Shown in pieces: positions 54,001 to 64,000 of a stretch of 64,000 bases of DNA. A model generated the notes under the pieces. The model did not search any database. It had not been told where the DNA came from and worked only from the letters and a program-made list of their open reading frames with translations. The DNA comes from Balanoglossus misakiensis (Eukaryota; Animalia; Hemichordata). The position numbers and the translations under genes are program-made. The stretch is taken from positions 11,191,337 through 11,255,336 of the forward strand of contig CM082586.2 of NCBI GenBank assembly GCA_040954595.2, read 5' to 3'. Numbering within the stretch: position 1 is the stretch's first letter; each line of letters opens with the position of its first letter.

Positions 54001-54649
54001 TGAGTGTCTGGAAATTTCCGACCACTGACCCTTGTCAGTGCTTGGAAATTTCCAGGCTCTCACATTCCCTGAGTGTCTGGAAATTTCCGACCACTGACCC
54101 TTGTCAGTGCTTGGAAATTTCTAAGCTCTCACATTCCCTGAGTGTCTGGAAATTTCCGACCACTGACCCTTGTCAGTGCTTGGACATTTCCAGGCTCTCA
54201 TATTCCCTGAGTGTCTGGAAATTTCCGACCACTGACCCTTGTTAGTGCTTGGAAATTTCTAAGCTCTCACATTCCCTGAGTGTCTGGAAATTTCCGACCA
54301 CTGACCCTTGTCAGTGCTTGGAAATTTCCAAGCTCTCACATGCCACTGACTCTTTTCCAAGTATTTCAGCTGCAAAATATGGATTTGTCAATGAGCAGTG
54401 CTTATTTCCTAAAATTCATACGAAATCCAACGGATTTGTGTGATACGGATATTAATCTAACAATTCTTGTAATAAATATTGGGTTTCAGATTTACTTTTT
54501 GATGCTATTGTTTTTTCTGGCGAAATTTTACAAACAATTCACACACTTGCAAATTTTCAATAGAAATATTACTCATGATAAACATGGAGACAAAATTTCA
54601 TTAGAAAAAAATCAAAAGGACTGTCATGTACGTGGCTTTGAAGGAGACT
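51037..54649. repeat. Apparently exact 1807-bp tandem duplication containing the inverted 69-bp array
   Basis: Identical ORF translations are offset by 1807 bp (51641 and 53448; 52442 and 54249). The arrays at about 51738-52535 and 53545-54342 are reverse complements of the 50258 array. Confidence 0.95.
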
Positions 54650-55124
54650 CAGTTTTTTCACAGATAAATTTTAATTTGAGTTTAAAGCCAAAATATGACA
54701 AAATGCATTTTTCCTGCTGTACAGCTGCAGGAATGAGACTAAGAATACCTTTATGTAATTTTTTCATTAGAAATTGGCAAAGAATAGGGAATATTTTCAG
54801 AAATTTCTAATTTTTTCAGCAGTAATTATGTAAAAAAGAGGTTTTTCGGAAATTGGAAAATGTTTTCTATACTGTTATCTTATCAACCTTGGCTTTGGTA
54901 CAACGGGTGTAGGCGGATATATTCTGCTGTGACAATTTTTTCCAATCAACTCGAAAATTACATTGCTTGAAGGAACTACTGCTGAAGCATTCATCAGCAG
55001 AAGTGTTGAAATGAACCTCTATTGAAACAGGAATATGGTCGGAGTCAACAACATTGCAAAGACTCGAAATTGAAAGAACATTGCTATAAAAAATTTTAGT
55101 GGTAACACAGTGGTCAATCCAAAC

Positions 55125-55726
55125 TCAGCGTAATTCAATAAAACGCCCTAACACAGCCTGAACTCCGATAATGTGTTGTCCCAAAATTCATTCCGTGGAA
55201 AATAATCACTGGTCTGTTTACGTATTTCAGCCGATTTTCCAAGGACTACTGCAACCCGCCAGAAGTGAGTAGCCTGCTAATGAGATCTCCACAACATTAC
55301 GTAATGACGGTCAAAGTCCGATGCCCCAGTGTCCGTCCTCAGCCCACCAAAAAATGCGAAAAAATATTAAAAAAATCTTCTTCTCAAAATCGACGTGGCC
55401 TAGGACCTTGAAATTTGGCACAGGGGATTTTGGCCACATGGTCTACAAAAATCGCGAAAAGAATGTACATGCCCCCATTAACGTGCAAATTAGGTCAATT
55501 TGAAAATTTCGCTCGATTATAGCCACAAAGTCACGTGACTAATTACAAATTCAAAGGGCAGGTGCACCAGTACTCATGGGCCCCAACCACCGTGCCAAAT
55601 TTGGAGGCGCACCTGCCGGAATTTCAGAGAAAAACGGGCGCAAAAAAACGACTCAAGAAGAAAGAAGACAAACTCCAGCAATAACAGAAGGGGACCAAGC
55701 GCCTGAGGGCTCTTGGTCCCCTAAAT
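55125..55726 (+). mobile_element. 3' part of a HINE-like host repeat (other parts at about 45390-46110 and 47005-47670)
   Basis: 47545-47670 resembles 55200-55320. It ends in the stem-loop ggggaccaag..cttggtcccc followed by taaat. Confidence 0.5.
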
Positions 55727-56454
55727 ATGGGACTAAACTTGACAGATACCCGGAATATTTTCCTATTTAGGATACCTGGTTGCATTTCCACCTAAAGGCG
55801 TCCTATTGGCGTGGAAATTTTATAACTTGAAATCGTTTGACTGGGTGATAGGTATTAATATCTTATGATGTTATAAAACACTTGGCTCGCCAAAGGTAAG
55901 GACCGATTATAGCGTCAGTCGTGTCATAAAATCTATATGAACGTCATGGGTCAATAAACTTGATGGTCCAATAAAATTTAATGGTTCGTAAAACTATTGT
56001 GTCCAATGTCTGCAGAGTATACTGGCTGCAACATGTGTATGAGTCAGGATTAACGGCTGTAGCCATCAACCCAAAAGGTGAACGTCCTATTCTCACTAAC
56101 TTAAATAGGTTTTGCGACCTAGTTGAGTGATAAAAACCTTATGATAAAGTCGACACAATTTCAAGATGACGATGTGCAAATGAGAGTTCATAAGCTAAAG
56201 TAAAGTTCAATGAATTCTATACAAAGTTCAAAAAAGATTTTTTACTAAAGGAAGACATGAACAAACTGATATCGTCTCTTCATATTCGTACATGTCCAAC
56301 TGTTGTGATTTGACCCCCCCCCCCCCATGGTACATGAACCTATTACTTAGTACACACTTAAACAATTGGCATTTGAAGTGCCTTGCTTGACAGTGTTTAA
56401 TGCGGTGGTCAGCCGCGTTTATCTCTCGCCACTTCATGCATCATGTCGCCTTAA

Positions 56455-56774
56455 AGGGACAAACTCTCTCTCTCGTCGCCCTTTTCTATTAATTATGTTT
56501 GATACAAGACACCGTTTATATTAATGGGCATGTGTATATGTAGTGAATGAACGTTCAACCACACACAACTTCCACCCTGCTTGTATGATATGAGAGTAAA
56601 AACTCGCCCAAAATGAATTAATGGTAGAGACCGATTTTTCAGTTTTGCGAGTTTTCGCTCTCGTGTCTACATGCGGGATAGAAGGTGTGTGCGATTGAAC
56701 GTTGCATCACTATATATCCACATTTACATTAATATAAACGGTGTTTTGTATCAAACATGGAAAAGGGCAGCGAG
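56455..56774. mobile_element. Kolobok-like MITE K1, right end truncated
   Basis: TTAA|AGGGACAAACTCTCTCT; the body is homologous to 30434-30780. Confidence 0.85.
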
Positions 56775-57412
56775 TTAAGGATGTACGATCAGTAAAATTG
56801 AAAGCATTGTCATTTCTTTTAATCGTGAATTTTCGTTTCTGATTTGTATGTATAATGAAAATCCATTTTGGGTCACTGCACTTGTTTTCGACTTTAAACA
56901 AGGCCGTGAATTTAGTCGACAATTGAAGAAAACTGCTAACGGTCAGCATTTTCTACCAATGGTTTGTCTATGGATACAATATTGAACAAAGTTTATCTCA
57001 AAATAGAGCGTGATGAATTTATTTTGATTTGTCGGAGCTATGTGTAAAATTTCATGAAAATGACAATAGTAGAAGTGAGTTTTCTAACTATTCTCCATGT
57101 ACTCCTATGGGAAGAGACACAGGCGCACAGTTTACCAGTTGACGACCTCTAAAGAGTAAACGGGGGGGGGGGGGATGATGAAAGGCTTAAGACTTACAGA
57201 TCACAACTTAAAGAGCCATTCAGAAAGAGGCTTAGAGTGGAGTATCAAATCGGACGATACCACTGACTGGTGGAGGAAGACAAAATAAGCAAACTGAGTA
57301 GATCAGTGCTCAGATTTCTTCAGAGGACCAAACGTTTCAAAGAATTATACGTGACAATCCATGCCTGGTCCGTCAGTAGATATAAACAGAACATTGTGGC
57401 TGTATTCATTAA

Positions 57413-57703
57413 AGGGACAAAGTCTCTCTCTCGCTGCCCTTTTTCCATTAATTATGTTTGATACAAGACTGCGTTTATATTATTCTACATGTGGATATAG
57501 TGAATCAACGTTCAACCATACACACCTTCCACCCCGCTTGTATAGACACGAGAGTTTTAAAAAGTAGCCAAAATGAATAAACGGTCTCTACCATTTATTC
57601 ATTTCGGGCGAGTTTTTACTCTCGTATCATACAAGCCGGATGGAAGTTGTGTGTGGTTGAACGTTCATTCACTAACATAAACGGTGTCTTGTATCATGTC
57701 CCT
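57413..57703. mobile_element. Kolobok-like MITE K1, internally deleted, opposite orientation
   Basis: TTAA|AGGGACAAAGTCTCTCT...TGTCCCT|TTAA. Confidence 0.88.
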
Positions 57704-58484
57704 TTAACACTTTTGAAGCATTTTACTAATGCTAACATGACTAGACCAATTGAATGATGTTACATTGCAGGTTATCAACTCAGAGGGGCGTCTTGTTATA
57801 AAGCGGTACCTGACAAACAATCAGCTGGCAACGCTGAAAATACCTGTCAGTCGTAAGTATGAAAGTATACATCATTTGAGTAGAATTTTACGGGAGTTCC
57901 TAACAAGGCTTGGACATGTCACGCACAAATACAAAGGGCGCGTATAAAGACAGACAAAACCTCGCTCAGTGTGAGGTGTTCAGCGATTGCATCTGATAAG
58001 TCGAAAATGCTTGATCACGTGTCATGTTCAGTTGGGAAATTGGATATGTCTCAGGCCAAAAAAACTAATATGTGCTATTCCGATTACATGGTTTTCAAAA
58101 ATATTGTAGGTAGAAAGGGACATGTTTTTATTTTTCAATTTTTTTTATATCTTTGGCCGTCGTAGTGTAGAAGAATGACATCATAGTTCTTGCGTGATTC
58201 TCGCAATTTTCATGAATTGTTTTATATTTGACATCGTTATTTTTACTTCCGGTTTGCGAAGATCTAAACTGTTTTGGGTCGGCGGGCTAAAATTAGGGTA
58301 GTTCGGGTAATCGTTATGACATTGGGAGCTACGGCTGCAAAGCCATGTGTCTCGTGCGAAAAGGGCCCTTAACCTTTTGCAATATTTAACAGCAAACAAC
58401 AGACAGTTTTGAGAATAAAAGGTTTCCGTCGTGTCTGACTTTCATATCGCATTAATAGCATATCCCTAATTTTAAAGAAATTAG

Positions 58485-58720
58485 GAGAGACAGAGTGAAA
58501 CAGGCAGAGTGGCAGACAGACACAAGCAGACAGACAGAGCAACATTCATCAGTAGAGACACTCACCGGTCGCTCGCTCGCTCGCTCACTCTCTCTCTCAG
58601 AGAGAGGGGGCAGACAGTCAGACAGACAGACGTTGACAGACAGTCAGTAAGTCAGTCAGCCAGTTAATCAGTCAGTCAGACGTCAAAGACACAGTGACAC
58701 AAACACAGCGAGGGAGACAA
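58485..58720. repeat. Compound degenerate microsatellite (acag/cagt/ctcg/ct)
   Basis: Runs of cagacagacag, ctcgctcgctcg and cagtcagtcag. Confidence 0.75.
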
Positions 58721-60212
58721 AAGGACCTTTCATGCTTAAACCCCTGTTCTTCTGTTATAAACTTTGAAAACCGTTCGTTTTCAGATTGCAGATTGCTCGA
58801 ATAACGCGGCACACTGCCGAAACAATAAAACAAATACTAGTGGGAGCTCATAAAATAAAATCGCTCAACCATTCCGTCGTCCTGAGTGACCTCAGCCACA
58901 TTAATTCCGACGTCTTTTTAGGGTCATGAAAAAAGTCACAAATAAGGTATTTCCCCTAGGTCCACCTGAAGCAAAAAGTTTTCGTTTCGACTCCATCATT
59001 CCGAATAGTAAGAAAGCAACAAAATTGAAAAGACAGATGTAAAATGCAATCTCTCTCACGTGGTAACGTTTGTAACTATGGCAATCACGGTACGTGTTCA
59101 GTACACAGACAGGGAGAAAAGTTTCCCCATGCAATACATGTGTTCAGTAAGGTTTGACCTTGGTTTTACTTTGTACCATGATCGCCGCTTTCTAAGCATG
59201 GATGAACGACGGCGGTCAGACCCAATCGAACCCTTTCATGTCAGATGACCACGGTATCTCCAGTGTGAGATGACATTTGACAAACCATTTGATTTCAACA
59301 AAATCTTCGCGTCGTCAACGCGTCGCATACCAGTCGCATATCGGTATTTACCCAATCATAAAAGTTGGAAATTCGGGAGACTCGATCTGCAACCAAGTTG
59401 AGAGTAAATTTTGACGTTTGACTATTGGCAAGTAAACAGGTTACACAATGACTTGTCGGTTTTTCCTCCGTCATGGTCGTTCTTGACCCAAGTGTCCTTC
59501 CTTGACATTTAGACACACCTTGCGGTATGACCTTGGTGGTCATGTGCAATTAGTTTTCTTGTATAAGACGCTTTTCATGCCGGGGTAGACGACTTGTGCG
59601 TGGATCATCAACATTTCAGTGATATTTCAACGCAAAGTTTTAGCAATATTGAGAAAACAGGTAGTGAGGTGTCAAATGCATATCAATGTACGAAAATTAG
59701 GTCAAGCCACCCGACAGCAACCGCTTTCACACAGTGTCGGACGTTGCACGGAATGTGAAACGTTACACTGCTTCGGCCGTTCACATGCACCTGGGCGTGG
59801 TTTTGATTGATGGTCAAACGCCCCCACTTACTTTGTGCGTTTTCAATGGTAAATGTGTCGTATTGATCGAAACCTTGCCGTAAACATATTTTTTTTGCTG
59901 AATCAACATTCAGAGTTCAGCCGTCTAGTTAACGAAGTATTGAAATAAGCCACTTGTTCATCATTTTTTGTCTGTCAAACGTGTTTATTCGGACAGGGAC
60001 CGGCCGCCAATGAGTGGTTTAGGGAGCCCACACGTACACTCTGGTACCTGGACAATTAACAAAGACATGACGTGTGTACCGTCCGGTTCGAAAAGATTGG
60101 TTTAAGGTAGTCCTGGTAACAGTCATCCTAACGAGGCCAGGGGAGGTCTCCAAGGGCGAAATAAACAAAGCTACCGATGACGAGTCGAATTCGAATCGGA
60201 CGATGCTTGTTT

Positions 60213-63200
60213 TCGACTTTGCAAAATCTCAAAATTTCGTCGATTTTTGAAAAAAAATCATGGGTGAAAATGCATCAAAAAATGAGAAATTTTCGACTTT
60301 GCAAAATCTCAAAATTTCGTCAATTTTGAAAAAAATCATGGGTGAAAATCATCAAAAAATGACAAATTTTCGACTTTGCAAAATCTCAAAATTTCGTCGA
60401 TTTTTGAAAAAAATCATGGGTGAAAATCATCAAAAAAATGACAAATTTTCGACTTTGCAAAATCTCAAAATTTTGTTGATTTTTGAAAAAAATCATAGGT
60501 GAAAATCATCAAAAAATGACAAATTTTCGACTTTGCAAAATCTCAAAATTTCGTCGATTTTTGAAGAAAATCATGGGTGAAAATCATCAAAAAATGACAA
60601 ATTTTCGACTTTGCAAAATCTCAAAATTTTTTCGATTTTTGAAAAAAGACATGGGTGAAAATCATCAAAAAATGACAAATTTTCGACTTTGCAAAATCTC
60701 AAAATTTCGTCGATTTTTGAAAAAAATCATGGGGGAAAATCATGAAAAAAATGACAAATTTTCCTCTTTGCAAAATCTCAAAATTTCGTCGATTTTTGAA
60801 AAAAATCATGGGTGAAAATCATCAAAAAAATGACAAATTTTCGACTTTGCAAAATCTCAAAATTTTGTTGATTTTTGAAAAAAATCATAGGTGAAAATCA
60901 TCAAAAAATGACAAATTTTCGACTTTGCAAAATCTCAAAATTTCGTCGATTTTTGAAGAAAATCATGGGTGAAAATCATCAAAAAATGACAAATTTTCGA
61001 CTTTGCAAAATCTCAAAATTTTTTCGATTTTTGAAAAAAGACGGGTGAAAATCATCAAAAAATGACAAATTTTCGACTTTGCAAAATCTCAAAATTTCGT
61101 CGATTTTTGAAAAAAATCATGGGGGAAAATCATGAAAAAAATGACAAATTTTCCTCTTTGCAAAATCTCAAAATTTCGTCGATTTTTAAAAAAAGACATG
61201 GGTGAAAATCATCAAAAAATAACAAATTTTCGACTTTGCAAAATCTCAAAATTTCGTCGATTTTTGAAAAAAAATCATGGGTGAAAATCATCAAAAAATG
61301 ACAAATTTTCGTCTTTGCAAAATCTCAAAATTTCGTCCATTTCTGAAAAAAAATTATGGGTAAAAATCATCAAAAATGACAAATTTTCATCTTTGCAAAA
61401 TCTCAAATTTTCGTCGTTTTTTGAAAAAAAATCATGGTTGAAAATCATCAAAAAATGACAAAATTTTCGACTTTGCAAAATCTCAAAATTTCGTCGATTT
61501 TTGAAAAAAATCATGGGGGAAAATCATGAAAAAATGACAAATTTTCCTCTTTGCAAAATCTTAAAATTTCGTCGATTTTTGAAAAAAAATCATGGGTGAA
61601 AATCATCAAAAAATGACAAATTTTCGTCTTTGCAAAATCTCAAAATTTCGTCCATTTTTGAAAAAAATCATGGGTGAAAATCATCAAAAAATGACAAATT
61701 TTCGACTTTGCAAAATCTCAACATTTCGTCAATTTTTGAAAAAATCATGGGTGAAAATCATCAAAAAATGACAAATTTTCGACTTTGCAAAATCTCAAAA
61801 TTTCGTCGATTTTTGAAAAAAATCATGGGGGAAAATCATGAAAAAATGACAAATTTTCCTCTCTGCAAAATCTCAAAATTTCGTCGATTTTTGAAAAAAA
61901 ATCATGGGTGAAAATCATCAAAAAATGACAAATTTTCGTCTTTGCAAAATCTCAAAATTTCGTCCATTTTTGAAAAAAAATCATGGGTAAAAATCATCAA
62001 AAATGACAAATTTTCGTCTTTGCAAAATCTCAAATTTTCGTCGATTTTTGAAAAAAAATCATGGTTGAAAATCATCAAAAAATGACAAAATTTTCGACTT
62101 TGTAAAATCACAAAATTTCGTCGATTTTGAAAAAAATCATAGGTTCGTCGATTTTTCAAAAAAAAACATGGGTGAAAATCATCAAAAAATGACAAATTTT
62201 GAAAAAAAAACGGGTGAAAATCATCAAAAAATGACACATTTTCCTCTGCAAAATCTCAAAATTTCGTCGTTTTTTGAAAAAAAATCATTGGTGAAAATCA
62301 TCAAAAAATGACAAATTTTCGTCTTTGCAAAATCTCAAAATTTCGTCCATTTTTGAAAAAAAATCATGGGTAAAAATCATCAAAAATGACAAATTTTCGT
62401 CTTTGCAAAATTTCAAATTTTCGTCGATTTTTGAAAAAAATCATGGGGGAAAATCATGAAAAAATGACAAATTTTCCTCTTTGCAAAATCTCAAAATTTC
62501 GTCGATTTTTGAAAAAAAATCATGGGTGAAAATCATGAAAAAAAGACAAATTTTCCTCTTTGCAAAATCTCAAAATTTCGTCGTTTTTTGAAAAAAAATC
62601 ATGGGTGAAAATCATCAAAAAATGACAAATTTTCGTCTTTGCAAAATCTCAAAATTTCGTTCATTTTTGAAAAAAAATCATGGGTAAAAATCATCAAAAA
62701 TGACAAATTTTCGTCTTTGCGAAATCTCAAATTTTCGTCGATTTTTGAAAAAAATCATGGGGGAAAATCATGAAAAAATGACAAATTTTGAAAAAAAAAA
62801 ACTGGTGAAAATCATCAAAAAATGACACATTTACGACTTGGCAAAATCTCAAAATTTCGTCGATTTTTGAAAAAAAATCATGGGTGAAAATCATGAAAAA
62901 ATGACAAATTTTGAAAAAAAAACGGGTGAAAATCATCAAAAAATGACACATTTTCGTCGACTTTGCAAAATCTCAAAATTTCGTCGATTTTTGAAAAAAA
63001 TCATGGGGGAAAATCATGAAAAAATGACAAATTTTCCTCTGCAAAATCTCAAAATTTCGTCGATTTTTAAAAAAAGACATGGGTGAAAATCATCAAAAAA
63101 TAACAAATTTTCGACTTTGCAAAATCTCAAAATTTCGTCCATTTTTGAAAAAAAATCATGGGTAAAAATCATCAAAAAATGACAAATTTTCGTCTTTGCA

Positions 63201-64000
63201 AAATCTCACAATTTCGTCGATTTTTGAAAAAAATCATGTGTGAAAATCATCAAAAAATGACAAATTTTCGACTTTGCAAAATCTCAAAATTTCGTCAATT
63301 TTTGAAAAAATCATGGGTGAAAATCATCAAAAAATGACAAATTTTCGTCTTTGCAAAATCTCAAAATTTCGTCCATTTTAAAAAAAAAACGGGGGAAAAT
63401 CATCAAAAAATGACAAATTTTCGACTTTGCAAAATCTCAAAATTTCGTCGATTTTTGAAAAAAAATCATGGGTGAAAATCATCAAAAAATGACAAATTTT
63501 CGACTTTGCAAAATCTCAAAATTTCGTCAATTTTTGAAAAAATCATGGGTGAAAATCATCAAAAAATGACAAATTTTCGTCTTTGCAAAATCTCAAAATT
63601 TCGTCGGTTTTTGAGAAATAATATGGGTGAAAATCATCAAAAAATGACAAATTTTTGACTGCAAAATCTCAAAATTTCGTCGATTTTTGAAAAAAATCAT
63701 GGGTGAAAATCATCAAAAAATGACAAATTTTCGACTTTGCAAAATCTCAAAATTTCGTCGGTTTTGAAAAAAATCATGGGTTCGTCGATTTTTTTAAATA
63801 AAAACGGGTAAAAATCATCAAAAAATGACAAATGTTCGACTTTGCAAAATCTAAAAATTTCGTCGATTTTTGAAAAAAAATCATGGGTGAAAATCATCAA
63901 AAAATGACAAATTTTCGTCTTTGCAAAATCTCAAAATTTCGTCCATTTTTGAAAAAAAATCATGGGTAAAAATCATCAAAAATGACAAATTTTCGACTTT
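60213..64000. repeat. 78-bp A/T-tract satellite
   Basis: Unit cgactttgcaaaatctcaaaatttcgtcgatttttgaaaaaaatcatgggtgaaaatcatcaaaaaatgacaaatttt; the array continues past the window end. Confidence 0.97.

Larger units (their letters stand above)
49965..54876. mobile_element. 4.9-kb non-autonomous DNA transposon (Sola-like, 4-bp TSD)
   Basis: TIR AACAGTATAGAAAACATTTTCCAATTTCCGAAAA and TSD ATCT (49961-49964 and 54877-54880). Excision restores the LINE frame AKVDK|INISEELFC. Confidence 0.88.
47671..55124 (-). mobile_element. Degenerate non-LTR retrotransposon ORF2 (APE endonuclease end plus RT), split by two DNA transposons
   Basis: Pieces: 54881-55124 (WIDH..SDH APE motifs), 48876-49960 (PGWN, NYRPIAL, QFGFK, FLDASKAFDRV) and 47671-48291 (GVRQGGVLSP, YADD, YLGH). 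Truncated at both ends. Clade uncertain, possibly RTE-X. Confidence 0.93.

Noticed and set aside
50231-54443. Cys/Trp-rich 23-aa repeat ORFs
   Set aside because: Translations of the 69-bp array inside a DNA transposon, present in both orientations.
60260-63900. 26-aa repeat ORFs
   Set aside because: Satellite translation, frequently frameshifted by A-tract length changes.

Overview
AT-rich, repeat-dominated eukaryotic DNA; the TE spectrum suggests a marine invertebrate, possibly a deuterostome (inference). No intact protein-coding gene is evident. Left end (1-12410): satellite of 90-bp and 74-bp monomers with higher-order structure. Right end (60213-64000): 78-bp A-tract satellite. Between them lies a nested transposon landscape: HINE-like repeats; Kolobok-, Harbinger-, mariner-, P/Galileo- and Transib-like MITEs; a 4-kb Academ-like foldback nested in an 88-bp AcademH-like MITE; three LINE fragments; an intron-containing hAT transposase pseudogene; and a 4.9-kb Sola-like element with inverted 69-bp arrays and a BEL fragment. 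The most notable item is a 3.9-kb TTAA-flanked piggyBac-like element with no transposase that appears to carry host exons, including a frameshifted UBE2J1-like terminal exon (a 'Pack-piggyBac' candidate). A duplicated cassette of minus-strand micro-exons (about 22.9-32.1 kb) suggests an unannotated spliced transcript whose paralogous exons differ by an internal micro-inversion. All calls were made by eye, without database searches.
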